Assembly (NCBI GenBank): GCA_016296345.1 | Contig: JAEDJL010000003.1 | Coordinates: 4,555-68,554, forward strand | Source: Bacteroidales bacterium | GTDB lineage: Bacteria > Bacteroidota > Bacteroidia > Bacteroidales > P3 | Length of the DNA: 64,000 nt | Direction of reading: 5' to 3' | Shown here: piece by piece, positions 44,972 to 53,994 of the stretch | Numbering within the stretch: position 1 is the first letter of the stretch | How the letters are laid out: each line of letters starts with the position of its first letter | Notes under the pieces: model-generated | What the model was told of the DNA's origin: nothing | The model's database searches: none | Seen by the model: only the letters and a program-made list of their open reading frames with translations | Program-made: the position numbers and the translations under genes

Positions 44972-46198
44972 CTATCGGCTCAACATCGGGATAACTCTCC
45001 CAAGAGAAGAAAGCAAAATGTCAATTTCTTCTTTTGTGGTGTAGAGTGCAAAGGAGGCTCTTGCCGTTCCGGGAATATTAAAGTGCTTCATTACCGGCTG
45101 GGCGCAGTGATGTCCTGTGCGGATTGCAACTCCCAACTGGTCCAAAAGCGTTCCCACATCAAAAGGGTGAACATTCTCCACATTAAAAGAAAGACAGCCT
45201 GCCTTGGAAGCTTTTTCGGCATAAACCCTCACTCCTTTTATCGATTTGAGACCCTCTTGTGCATAGTTCAATATCTCTTGTTCGTGAGCAAACACTTCGT
45301 CAAGGTCGAGAGCATTCAAGAAATCCAATGCCGCACCCAAGCCTATGACATCGGCAACCGACGGAGTGCCGGCTTCAAACCTGTATGGCGGAACGTTGAA
45401 TGTAGTCTTGTCAAAATCGACGCTCTCAATCATCTCCCCTCCTCCCTGATAGGGCGGAAGAGTGCTTAAAATCTCCTCACGACCATAGACAATGCCGATA
45501 CCCATGGGGGCATAAAGCTTGTGAGCCGAGAAACAATAGAAATCGCAATCCATTTTCTTTACATCGACCTTTGAATGCACAATACCCTGAGCTCCATCTA
45601 CAATGATTCTGAGGTCTTTCTCTCCAAGGCTTCTTGCCAAGGGAATAATCTTGTCAAGAGGGTGAACAACTCCGAGGGAGTTTGAGACTTGTGCAAGGGA
45701 AAGTATCTTGGTTCGTTTGTTGATAAGGCTTTCCAACTTGTCGATTTGCAACTCTCCGTTGTCGTCAATCGGGATTACTTTGATGAGAAGACGGCGTTTT
45801 TGGGCGGCAATCTGCCATGGAACAATGTTTGAGTGGTGTTCGCTCTCTGTAAGCAGTATCTCATCGCCCTCATTCATCGACTGAGTAAGGGTTTCGGCAA
45901 GCAGGTTCAAGCCTTCTGTCGTTCCTCTTGTGTAGATAATCTCGCTGCTCTTGCTTGCACACAGGTAATCCCTCACCTTAGCTCTCACATTCTCGAACAT
46001 ATCGGTCGCCTTTTGGCTCAAAGTGTGAACACCTCGGTGAACATTGGCATTGTGATGAAGATAATAATCGCTCATCGCCTCAATCACACAGCGAGGTTTC
46101 TGTGTTGTTGCCGCATTGTCAAGATATACCAATGGTTTTCCGTTCACTTTCTCTTCCAAAACGGGAAACTCTTTCCTCAAAGTCGCCAAATCCATCAT
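44972..46198 (-). CDS. sufS: Cysteine desulfurase, SufS-type (class V aminotransferase)
   Basis: 408 aa. FP......NGKPLVYLDNAATTQKP, HHSN..PW, SAHKLY.P.G.G, and RTGHHCAQP (catalytic Cys). Confidence 0.9.
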   Translation of the reverse strand: MMDLATLRKEFPVLEEKVNGKPLVYLDNAATTQKPRCVIEAMSDYYLHHNANVHRGVHTLSQKATDMFENVRAKVRDYLCASKSSEIIYTRGTTEGLNLLAETLTQSMNEGDEILLTESEHHSNIVPWQIAAQKRRLLIKVIPIDDNGELQIDKLESLINKRTKILSLAQVSNSLGVVHPLDKIIPLARSLGEKDLRIIVDGAQGIVHSKVDVKKMDCDFYCFSAHKLYAPMGIGIVYGREEILSTLPPYQGGGEMIESVDFDKTTFNVPPYRFEAGTPSVADVIGLGAALDFLNALDLDEVFAHEQEILNYAQEGLKSIKGVRVYAEKASKAGCLSFNVENVHPFDVGTLLDQLGVAIRTGHHCAQPVMKHFNIPGTARASFALYTTKEEIDILLSSLGRVIPMLSR

Positions 46199-46258
46199 CT
46201 CTTACAAGATTTTATCGTTCTATAAATCAATTACTTAAATTCAATCTTCGCAACACTA

Positions 46259-46345
46259 AGACAAAACGCAGTTTTGGTAGAATGAAACACCGTTTCATTC
46301 TGCTAAAACGCCGTTTTATTCTGCTGAAACGAAGAGTTGTTTTGC
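46259..46345. repeat. Four-unit, partly degenerate copy of the composite repeat
   Basis: Core centres at 46269, 46290, 46311 and 46332 (21-nt spacing). Confidence 0.8.
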
Positions 46346-46365
46346 TCAAAGAAAACAATGTGTTG

Positions 46366-46797
46366 CTACATTATCATTTCCATGCGTTGCTTGAGCGTTT
46401 CGACCAAGGTGTCTGCCGCCTTTGCAAGCTGTTTTTTGACCATCATCGCCATCATTTGAGGAACGTCCAACTCAATCGTTGCCTTCACATTACATTTGTA
46501 TGGTTCTGTCTTTTCAAAGTCTATGGTCAGCAAAAAATTAAACGGCATGGACGAAGGTACATCGGTATCATTTGTTATCACAAGACGCTCATTAGGAACT
46601 CTTGAAAGCATCTTGATGCCGAAATCGCCCATGTTCTTAATCGTAAAGCTGCACTTGTCTTCGGTAGATTTGAAGTTGTCGATTTTATCGTTCGCCATCA
46701 TCGAAAAATTCGAGAAGTTCTTCAAATAATCGTACACAAACTCAACGTTTCTCTTTATTTCGGTCGTCTTACTCTCTGTTTTAATCATGTCAATCAA
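46366..46797 (-). CDS. Hypothetical protein, possibly SRPBCC/START-like fold
   Basis: 143 aa. The beta-rich pattern with a long C-terminal helix resembles CoxG/polyketide-cyclase-like proteins. Weak, composition-level inference only. Confidence 0.4.
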   Translation of the reverse strand: MIDMIKTESKTTEIKRNVEFVYDYLKNFSNFSMMANDKIDNFKSTEDKCSFTIKNMGDFGIKMLSRVPNERLVITNDTDVPSSMPFNFLLTIDFEKTEPYKCNVKATIELDVPQMMAMMVKKQLAKAADTLVETLKQRMEMIM

Positions 46798-46862
46798 CTA
46801 AAAAGGGCGTTACATTCGTATTATAACGCCCGTGTTCTTTAATCTGTTTTAATGTACAATCG

Positions 46863-47516
46863 TTATTTCATTCTCTGTTCTGACCACAATTCGGGATTTT
46901 CCCTCCATTTGGTGAGCGAAATCAAGTCTTCCTGACTTATAAAGCTCTCTTCGGCTGCCAAATCTATCAATGTATGATAGTCTGTTATGGTGTTGAGAAG
47001 CACATCCTTTGTTTCAAACGCCTGCTTTGCCACTTCGAGATTATAAGTAAAGATTGCAGCCATTCCTTTTACGCTGCAACCTGCCTCTCTCAAAGCATCA
47101 ACAACCTGCAAACTACTCTTACCCGTGGAAATCAAGTCTTCGATAACCACAATAGACTGTCCGCTTTTCAAATCGCCCTCAATCTTGTTGCCCAAACCGT
47201 GCTTTTTCTCTTCGGGACGCACATATACAAAAGGCTTTCCGAGGTCTTGTGCAACCAAGACACCCTGTGCAATTCCTCCTGTGGCAACACCGGCAATCAC
47301 ATCGACGTCTGCGTACAGCTCATTGACGATTGCAACGAACTGTTGGCGGATAAAAGTTCTGATGTCAGGATATGACAAAGTTACTCTGTTGTCGCAATAA
47401 ATTGGCGACTTTCTTCCGGAAGCCCAAGTGAAGGGGCTTTCATTATTCAACTTTATTGCTTTAATTTGCAATAAAAATCGAGCTGCTTGTTTAGCTGTTT
47501 CTTTATTCAAAATCAT
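46863..47516 (-). CDS. pyrE: Orotate phosphoribosyltransferase
   Basis: Start at MILNKETAKQ (CAT at 47514-47516). FTWASGRKSPIYCDNR and the PRPP motif VVIEDLISTGKS are present. TACCTTTG lies immediately upstream, implying a leaderless or very short leader. Confidence 0.9.
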   Translation of the reverse strand: MILNKETAKQAARFLLQIKAIKLNNESPFTWASGRKSPIYCDNRVTLSYPDIRTFIRQQFVAIVNELYADVDVIAGVATGGIAQGVLVAQDLGKPFVYVRPEEKKHGLGNKIEGDLKSGQSIVVIEDLISTGKSSLQVVDALREAGCSVKGMAAIFTYNLEVAKQAFETKDVLLNTITDYHTLIDLAAEESFISQEDLISLTKWRENPELWSEQRMK

Positions 47517-47517
47517 G

Positions 47518-48159
47518 ATGCAAAGGTACAACATTTTCAATAAATACAATAGGATTTGTATCCTAAATGAACAATCCGGTGTTTTTTTTCATTCGGACGA
47601 AAGGGTGATAGAATGTACTCCCGAGACGATAAATTCAATCGATTTTCGCAGTTTTTTTGAGGACGATTGCCGACAAAATATCATAATTTTTGTTAAAAGT
47701 TTACCCTTGGAGGAAGTTTTTTTCAAGGCAACGGAAGGCTTGGTTTTCGTTCAGGCTGCAGGAGGCTTGGTTCGCAACAGTGCAAATGAGTATCTGTTCA
47801 TCTATCGTGCCGGACATTGGGACTTGCCCAAGGGACATAGAGAGCAGGGTGAGGATTTGGACTTTACGGCAACAAGAGAGGTTGAAGAAGAAACGGGAGT
47901 TGGCTCTCTCAAATTGGGCGAAAAGATAGGCGTTACCTACCATACATATATGATGAAGGGCAGACGCGAAATCAAAGAGACACATTGGTACGATATGTTC
48001 TCGGACTGCACCGACAAACTCACCCCTCAAAAAGAGGAAGGGATAACAAAAGCCCTCTGGATTTCAAAAGCAAAAGTCCAAACCTTGGGTCGAAAGATTT
48101 ACCCTTCACTCCGACATTTGCTTTCAACTATCGGCTTTGCGTTCGACAAGACATTGTAG
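47518..48159 (+). CDS. NUDIX hydrolase with an N-terminal extension
   Basis: Nudix box GHWDLPKGHREQGEDLDFTATREVEEETGV. The start is uncertain: ATG 47515/47518 overlaps the pyrE start on the other strand. Confidence 0.7.
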   Translation: MQRYNIFNKYNRICILNEQSGVFFHSDERVIECTPETINSIDFRSFFEDDCRQNIIIFVKSLPLEEVFFKATEGLVFVQAAGGLVRNSANEYLFIYRAGHWDLPKGHREQGEDLDFTATREVEEETGVGSLKLGEKIGVTYHTYMMKGRREIKETHWYDMFSDCTDKLTPQKEEGITKALWISKAKVQTLGRKIYPSLRHLLSTIGFAFDKTL

Positions 48160-49419
48160 AGTGATACGGCTCTTCTGCTCTATCAAGATGCGATATTGCT
48201 CGGTATTCAGGGCGTTTGAAACCGAATTTTCTTCGTAGTGCCTTATCGTAAGCAGACAAAGGGAGTTGTTATATCTGACAACGTACGATTGTTGCAAGGT
48301 TTCGATAATCTCGGGCAGCAGATTGTCATTTCTGTCAAAGCAAACCGAGAAGCTCAAAGCCGAATTTTGCATCATGTTCACCTTTATTCCGAAGGTGGAA
48401 AGGACTTCAAAAATTTTGGAAATATTCTCTTCGGCAATGAAAGAGAAGTCTTTGGGATACACCGATAGCAAAGTCTGATTGTCTTTGAAGATATAGTTAG
48501 GCACAAGCGGACAAAGAGCCTTGCAAGCATAGATTACAGTTCCCTTGTCTTGCGGATTGTTGAAGCTCTTTACATATAATGGTATCTGTTTGTTCTCCAA
48601 AGGCTTGATTGTCTTGGGGTGAATAATCGATGCTCCATAGTATGAGAGTTCTATTGCTTCCTTGTATGGCACTGTTTCGAGAAGAACGGTATTTTTCATC
48701 TTCTTGGGGTCGGCGTTCATCACGCCCGACACATCTTTCCATATCGTCATGCTTTCGGCATCGGAGCAATAGGCAAAAATTGCTGCCGAAAAGTCCGAAC
48801 CCTCTCTGCCGAGCGTTGTTATATACCCTTCTTTGGTCGAACCGATAAAGCCTTGCGTCAAAACCGTATCGCAAACATCAAAAAGCGGAAGCAGGTTTTG
48901 CTTTATCAAAGTTTCGGTTTGCTTCCATTTGAGGTCGGAAGTGCGAAAATTGTTGTCCGTCTTGATAAAATCGGGAGCTGCAACATGACGATGAGAAAAG
49001 CCTTCGGCACTCATATATGAGGAAATGATACTTGTCGATAGCCTCTCTCCGTAAGACACAATGCTGTCATACAAAAAGTCGTAGTCGTTAGGGTTGAGCG
49101 TAAGTATCTTTGCCCTGCACTCTTCGACCATAAGAGCGACCAATGAGCGGCAAGCCATACGGTCATTCTCCTTTGTAAACAAACCATCGATTATTTCAAA
49201 ATGATAAGAGAGCAAAGCCTCAAAATCCTTCTCCTCCACACGGTGTTCATTGTGCCAAAGATTGACCACTTTCTCCAAAGCATTGGTCGTTTTTCCCATT
49301 GCCGAAACTACAACTATGCGTTTACGGCTCTCACTGCCCAATATGGACAACACATTCTTCACTGCCGAGGAGGTATTGACCGAAGCCCCTCCGAATTTCT
49401 CCACATATATCTTTTGCAT
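48124..49419 (-). CDS. lysC: Aspartate kinase
   Basis: Start at MQKIYVEKFGGASV (CAT at 49417-49419). KFGG.S, VVVSAMGKTTN, and C-terminal ACT-like repeats. Confidence 0.85.
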   Translation of the reverse strand: MQKIYVEKFGGASVNTSSAVKNVLSILGSESRKRIVVVSAMGKTTNALEKVVNLWHNEHRVEEKDFEALLSYHFEIIDGLFTKENDRMACRSLVALMVEECRAKILTLNPNDYDFLYDSIVSYGERLSTSIISSYMSAEGFSHRHVAAPDFIKTDNNFRTSDLKWKQTETLIKQNLLPLFDVCDTVLTQGFIGSTKEGYITTLGREGSDFSAAIFAYCSDAESMTIWKDVSGVMNADPKKMKNTVLLETVPYKEAIELSYYGASIIHPKTIKPLENKQIPLYVKSFNNPQDKGTVIYACKALCPLVPNYIFKDNQTLLSVYPKDFSFIAEENISKIFEVLSTFGIKVNMMQNSALSFSVCFDRNDNLLPEIIETLQQSYVVRYNNSLCLLTIRHYEENSVSNALNTEQYRILIEQKSRITLQCLVERKADS

Positions 49420-49459
49420 ATCCTCCGATTTTGACCACAAAACTACAAAAAAAACAGCT

Positions 49460-49482
49460 ATCTCGGCGTTTTATTTTGCCAT
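49460..49482. repeat. Single unit of the AAAACGSCGTTT repeat family
   Basis: ctatctcggcgttttattttgcc lies in the divergent lysC/ftsX promoter region. Confidence 0.5.
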
Positions 49483-49522
49483 AAAGTGCTTTTTTTGTAC
49501 CTTTGCCCGATATTTTTTTGAT

Positions 49523-50401
49523 ATGAGTACAAGACATAAACACAAATCATTCATTCTTTGGAGCGTAAACTTCTCCACGGTATTGAGCATCTCGCTTGTG
49601 ATGTTTCTGTTGGGCTTCATAACCTTGTTTATTTACCATACCTACACCACAAGTCAGCAAATCAAAGAGCAGGTTTCCTTTACCGTATATCTCAACCTTG
49701 ACACCGATGAGCAGCAGGCAAAAGATTTGGAGAACGAAATCAAGAAAAATCCAAAGGTCAAATCGACTCGCTTCATCTCTTCGGAGCAGGCGGCACAAAT
49801 GATGAACAAAGTAATGGGAGAAGACCACCTTTCGGTATTGGATTCTGTCAATCCCTATCAGGCATCTATCGAAGTAAACCTCAAAGCCCAAGCTCTGAAA
49901 ATTTCGGAAATTAAACAATTTATCGTAACCGTCGAAGCAAAAGACATTGTCGATGTTGTAGATTATCGTCATGACCTTGTAACCGACATCAATGACGCAA
50001 TTTACAACATAAGTGCCTTTATCTTCGTCCTCTTTTTGTGTTTGCTCTTCATAGCAGTTACTCTTATCAACCACACAATTCGACTTACGATAAATAGCAA
50101 GCGTTTGCAAATACGCTCAATGGAACTTGTCGGAGCAAAAGCGGGATTTATTCGCCGACCGTTTGTTGTCAGAGGAGTGGTTTTGGGACTTATCGGTTCT
50201 CTTGTTGCCGACGGATTGCTCACAGGGGTACTCTATTGGGTCTATTCGGGCATCAAAGGCTTGGTATTGGCAGAACATATAAAGATATACGCACTTGTGG
50301 GAATTGCAATCGTGGTTTTGGGAGTACTTCTCTCCTTCTGCTTTACCTACAATGCCGTTCGCAAGAGCATGAACCTTAACAGCAGCAAATTATACAAGTA
50401 G
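49523..50401 (+). CDS. ftsX: Cell-division ABC-transporter permease-like protein FtsX
   Basis: ATG at 49523, with TACCTTTG at 49497-49504. N-terminal TM helix, periplasmic domain (FTVYL......A..L...I.....V.S..FIS.E.A), and three C-terminal TM helices. Confidence 0.8.
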   Translation: MSTRHKHKSFILWSVNFSTVLSISLVMFLLGFITLFIYHTYTTSQQIKEQVSFTVYLNLDTDEQQAKDLENEIKKNPKVKSTRFISSEQAAQMMNKVMGEDHLSVLDSVNPYQASIEVNLKAQALKISEIKQFIVTVEAKDIVDVVDYRHDLVTDINDAIYNISAFIFVLFLCLLFIAVTLINHTIRLTINSKRLQIRSMELVGAKAGFIRRPFVVRGVVLGLIGSLVADGLLTGVLYWVYSGIKGLVLAEHIKIYALVGIAIVVLGVLLSFCFTYNAVRKSMNLNSSKLYK

Positions 50402-50414
50402 AAAAATAATCGAA

Positions 50415-50666
50415 ATGGAAAAAACAAACAAACCTCAGGAAGACACAAAAAGAGATTTCGTCTTCGGAAAATGGAATTACATCATAATGGGCATAGGCTT
50501 GGTCATCTTGGCAATAGGATACATATTGTTGAGCGGCGGAGGCAGCAACAACCCCGACCAATTCAGCGAAGCTTTGTTCAACAGCCGCCGAATGTTGTGG
50601 GCTCCTGTCTTTATAGTAGGAGGATTAGTTGTAGAAGTTTATGCAATCATGAAAAAAGCAAAGTAA
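50415..50666 (+). CDS. Small two-TM membrane protein (DUF3098-like)
   Basis: 83 aa. [22 protein letters not shown] and a second TM helix. As far as I recall, the ftsX-small TM gene-uppP-truB order is a conserved Bacteroidota arrangement. Confidence 0.65.
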   Translation: MEKTNKPQEDTKRDFVFGKWNYIIMGIGLVILAIGYILLSGGGSNNPDQFSEALFNSRRMLWAPVFIVGGLVVEVYAIMKKAK

Positions 50667-50670
50667 CACA

Positions 50671-51465
50671 ATGGATACAATACAAGCAATCATCATTTCG
50701 ATAGTCGAAGGACTGACAGAATTTCTGCCGGTCTCCTCAACAGGACACATGATTATCACTCAGGGAATTTTGGGCGTCAAAAGCGATGAGTTTGTCAAGC
50801 TCTTCACGGTCTGCATTCAGTTTGGAGCAATTCTTTCCGTCCTTGTGATGTATTGGAAGCGTTTCTTCCAGACTTGGGAATTCTATTGGAAACTCTTGGT
50901 GGCTTTTCTGCCTGCCGCAATCATCGGTTTTTTGGCAGGAGACTTGATTGACAGCTTCTTGGAGAACGTATGGGTGGTATCCATCATGCTTGTAATCGGA
51001 GGAGTGTTCATGTTGTTTGTCGATAAGTGGTTCAACAATCCTGCAAAAGACCAGACTATCACCTACAAAAAGAGCTTTATGATAGGTTTGGCTCAATGTG
51101 TTGCAATGATTCCGGGAGTAAGCCGCTCGATGGCAACAATCGTCGGAGGTATGACCCAAAAGCTCTCACGCAAAACAGCCGCCGAGTTCTCGTTCTTCCT
51201 TGCAGTGCCAACCATGGCAGCCGCTTCGGGCTACAAACTGCTCAAAGCCTTTACTTCCGAAAGCGGAATGCAACTTTTGAGCGACAATTTGACAACGCTT
51301 TTGATAGGAAATCTTGTTGCGTTTGTTGTTGCCATTTTGGCAATTAAGTTTTTTATCAACTTTCTTACAAAGTATGGTTTTAAGGCATTCGGATATTACA
51401 GAATTGTTGTAGGCTTGCTGATAATCATACTGATGTTTTGCGGAATTCCATTGGAGGTTGCGTAG
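50671..51465 (+). CDS. uppP: Undecaprenyl-diphosphate phosphatase
   Basis: 264 aa. [14 protein letters not shown] and PG.SRS are BacA/UppP signatures. Confidence 0.95.
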   Translation: MDTIQAIIISIVEGLTEFLPVSSTGHMIITQGILGVKSDEFVKLFTVCIQFGAILSVLVMYWKRFFQTWEFYWKLLVAFLPAAIIGFLAGDLIDSFLENVWVVSIMLVIGGVFMLFVDKWFNNPAKDQTITYKKSFMIGLAQCVAMIPGVSRSMATIVGGMTQKLSRKTAAEFSFFLAVPTMAAASGYKLLKAFTSESGMQLLSDNLTTLLIGNLVAFVVAILAIKFFINFLTKYGFKAFGYYRIVVGLLIIILMFCGIPLEVA

Positions 51466-52169
51466 TGAGAATAGACCTTGAACAAGGAGGATACCTGCTG
51501 TTGAACAAACCATACGAGTGGAGTTCGTTTCAAGCCACCAAAAAGGTACAGTTTATCCTCAAGAAGCACTTCAATACCAAGAAGATAAAAATAGGACACG
51601 CAGGAACGCTTGACCCTTTGGCAACAGGGCTGCTGATTTTGTGCGTAGGCAGATATACCAAACGCATAGAGGAGTTTCAAGCCAAGGAGAAAGAATACAC
51701 CGGAGTGTTCACTCTCGGAGGCACGACGGCAAGTTACGACAAAGAAAAGCCGATTGACGCAACCTATCCCACCGAACACATCACCAAAGAAAGCATTTTG
51801 CAAGCAGCAGAGAGCTTTCTCGGCGAGCAGATGCAAACTCCGCCAATCTTTTCGGCAATAAAAGTGGGTGGAGTAAGAGCATACAGCAAAGCAAGAGACG
51901 GAAAGGAAATAGAGATAAAGCAACGCAAGATAAGCATATCCGAGTTTGAAATAACCGATGTGCAGATGCCCGAAGTGGCATTTCGTATCAAATGTTCAAA
52001 AGGAACATACATTCGCTCTATAGCAAGAGACTTTGGCGAAAGACTGCAATCGGGAGCATATCTCTCGTCGCTTTGCAGAACCAAAATCGGCGAACACTCC
52101 ATAGATGAAGCTCTCTCGATAGACCAAATAACAGAACTCTACCCTCCGCAATCACCTTTGCAGAGCTAA
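51465..52169 (+). CDS. truB: tRNA pseudouridine-55 synthase
   Basis: LLLNKP..WSS, the catalytic HAGTLDPLATG.L, and PP.FSA.K..G.RAY. The start is uncertain: GTG 51465 overlaps the uppP stop, or TTG 51438 as in the ORF track. Confidence 0.85.
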   Translation: MRIDLEQGGYLLLNKPYEWSSFQATKKVQFILKKHFNTKKIKIGHAGTLDPLATGLLILCVGRYTKRIEEFQAKEKEYTGVFTLGGTTASYDKEKPIDATYPTEHITKESILQAAESFLGEQMQTPPIFSAIKVGGVRAYSKARDGKEIEIKQRKISISEFEITDVQMPEVAFRIKCSKGTYIRSIARDFGERLQSGAYLSSLCRTKIGEHSIDEALSIDQITELYPPQSPLQS

Positions 52170-52252
52170 ACTCCGCAATCAAGCCGAAAAAAAAGACAAG
52201 CTGGACGCTACATATCAAATTCGGCAACTTAAACAACTCGAAACACACGACA

Positions 52253-53710
52253 ATGAGGAGCATTGAAAAAAATCAAATACTGACAGGATTGAAGGTAATC
52301 GGGCTTCTGTTGATGATAGAAGCGGGATTTATGTTTGTTTCTCTCATTGCAGCACTTTGGTATGGGCAGGGCGATGCTCAAAGCATCTTTTTGTCGGTAC
52401 TGATAACCCTTTCGACAGGAGCATTGCTTCGCTTTGCAATACGCCCGCAGAAGATTGACATCGACCGACGCCTCGGCATTTTGATAGTTGCCTCAATCTG
52501 GTTGATAATGACCCTTTTCGGCACACTGCCCTACCTGATTGGCGGATACTCAAAGGACTTTACCACCGCAGCTCTTGAAACCATGTCGGGATTTACCACA
52601 ACCGGAGCGAGCAACCTTGACGACATAGAAGCCCTTCCGAAAGGCATACTGCTGTGGAGAAGTCTCACCCACTGGATTGGAGGAGTGGGAATTGTGGTAA
52701 TAGTCATTTCGTTCATTCCTTCGATTGGAGGCGGAGCTATGGCACTGTTTTCTGCCGAGAGTGCAGGACCGAGCAAAACAAAAATCTCGCCTCACATAGG
52801 AACAACAGGCAAAATAATCTGCGGAGTCTATTTTGTGCTGACCGCAATCTGCTGCATAGTATATATTTTGTGCGGAATGGACTTTTTTGACGCCATTAAC
52901 CATGCTTTTTCTACCCTTGCCTCGGGCGGATATTCCACAAAAAACTCCTCTGCCGCCGCATTCTCGCCACTTTTGCAGTATATGATGATACTTTTCATGA
53001 TTCCTGCCGGAACGAACTTCATCTTGATATACTATTGTATCAAAGGACAGTTCTCTCACCTGAGAAAGAGCGAAGAATTTAAGGTATATCTGCTGACGAT
53101 ACTCATTGCTGCCTTGATAATATTTGCATGGATTTTGCCACAAAGCCCGAGCGTGGAATATGCTTTCAGAAGTGCTTTGTTCCATACGGTAAGTTTCATA
53201 TCCTCGACAGGATTTGTGTTGGACGATTACTCACTCTGGCCGCTGCCTGCGGTACTTATTTTGGTCTTTCTTATGTTCTGTGGCTCTATGAGCGGCTCTA
53301 CGTCGGGAGGACTTAAATTGGTGAGAATGATATTGCTGTTCAAAAATGCAAGAAGGATAATCAAGCGTGGTGTTCACTCTTCTGCATATCTGCCACTGAA
53401 AATGGACGGCAAGATTGTGCAGGACAATGTGATGAACAACGTAATGGTCATCTTCCTTATGTTCATTATCACCCTCATTGTAACCATGTTTGCACTCGTT
53501 TTGAGCGGTTTTGGCATGGAAGAGGCGTTCAGCTCCGCCATAACCTGCGTTTCCAACATAGGACCAACCCTCGGCGAATACGGAGGCTTCGGTTCGTTTG
53601 CCAATGCACCTGTTGCATCAAAATGGATTTTGTTTGTGTCAATGTATTTGGGAAGATTGGAAATTGCAACCGTACTCGTACTCTTCTCTCCTTCGTTTTG
53701 GAGAAAATAA
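52253..53710 (+). CDS. trkH: TrkH/KtrB-family potassium uptake permease
   Basis: 485 aa polytopic protein. Repeated selectivity-filter-like motifs (SGFTTTGAS, LASGGYST, ISSTGF, SNIGPTLG). Confidence 0.9.
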   Translation: MRSIEKNQILTGLKVIGLLLMIEAGFMFVSLIAALWYGQGDAQSIFLSVLITLSTGALLRFAIRPQKIDIDRRLGILIVASIWLIMTLFGTLPYLIGGYSKDFTTAALETMSGFTTTGASNLDDIEALPKGILLWRSLTHWIGGVGIVVIVISFIPSIGGGAMALFSAESAGPSKTKISPHIGTTGKIICGVYFVLTAICCIVYILCGMDFFDAINHAFSTLASGGYSTKNSSAAAFSPLLQYMMILFMIPAGTNFILIYYCIKGQFSHLRKSEEFKVYLLTILIAALIIFAWILPQSPSVEYAFRSALFHTVSFISSTGFVLDDYSLWPLPAVLILVFLMFCGSMSGSTSGGLKLVRMILLFKNARRIIKRGVHSSAYLPLKMDGKIVQDNVMNNVMVIFLMFIITLIVTMFALVLSGFGMEEAFSSAITCVSNIGPTLGEYGGFGSFANAPVASKWILFVSMYLGRLEIATVLVLFSPSFWRK

Positions 53711-53743
53711 ATCACCACAGCAAGACCCTGAACAACAAAAAAA

Positions 53744-53772
53744 GCTCTCGTCCATGGAGAAAAGACGAGAGC
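53744..53772 (+). terminator. Hairpin downstream of trkH
   Basis: GCTCTCGTC (53744-53752) pairs with GACGAGAGC (53764-53772). The following T run is weak. Confidence 0.45.
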
Positions 53773-53994
53773 AAAAGGTTTAATTTAGTTTTATAGCAAC
53801 ATCGTAGTGTGCAAATCAATCTACAGACCGAAAGAACTCCCGGCTCTTTCTATATCTACCTTCGATTGCAAAGGTATCACCTTTTGGCAAACAAGATGTT
53901 GCAATGCTTCAAAACAAAATGTCAAATCTTCAAAAACATTATAAGTGTTTATAAGTTAGCAAGCTATATTCCGAACTTTTTGTAAATTTGCAAA

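Noticed and set aside
49250-49522. N-terminal extension of the ftsX ORF (49250..50401)
   Set aside because: The extension is antisense to lysC, has no membrane or FtsX features, and precedes the TACCTTTG box at 49497. ATG 49523 gives the normal FtsX N-terminus.
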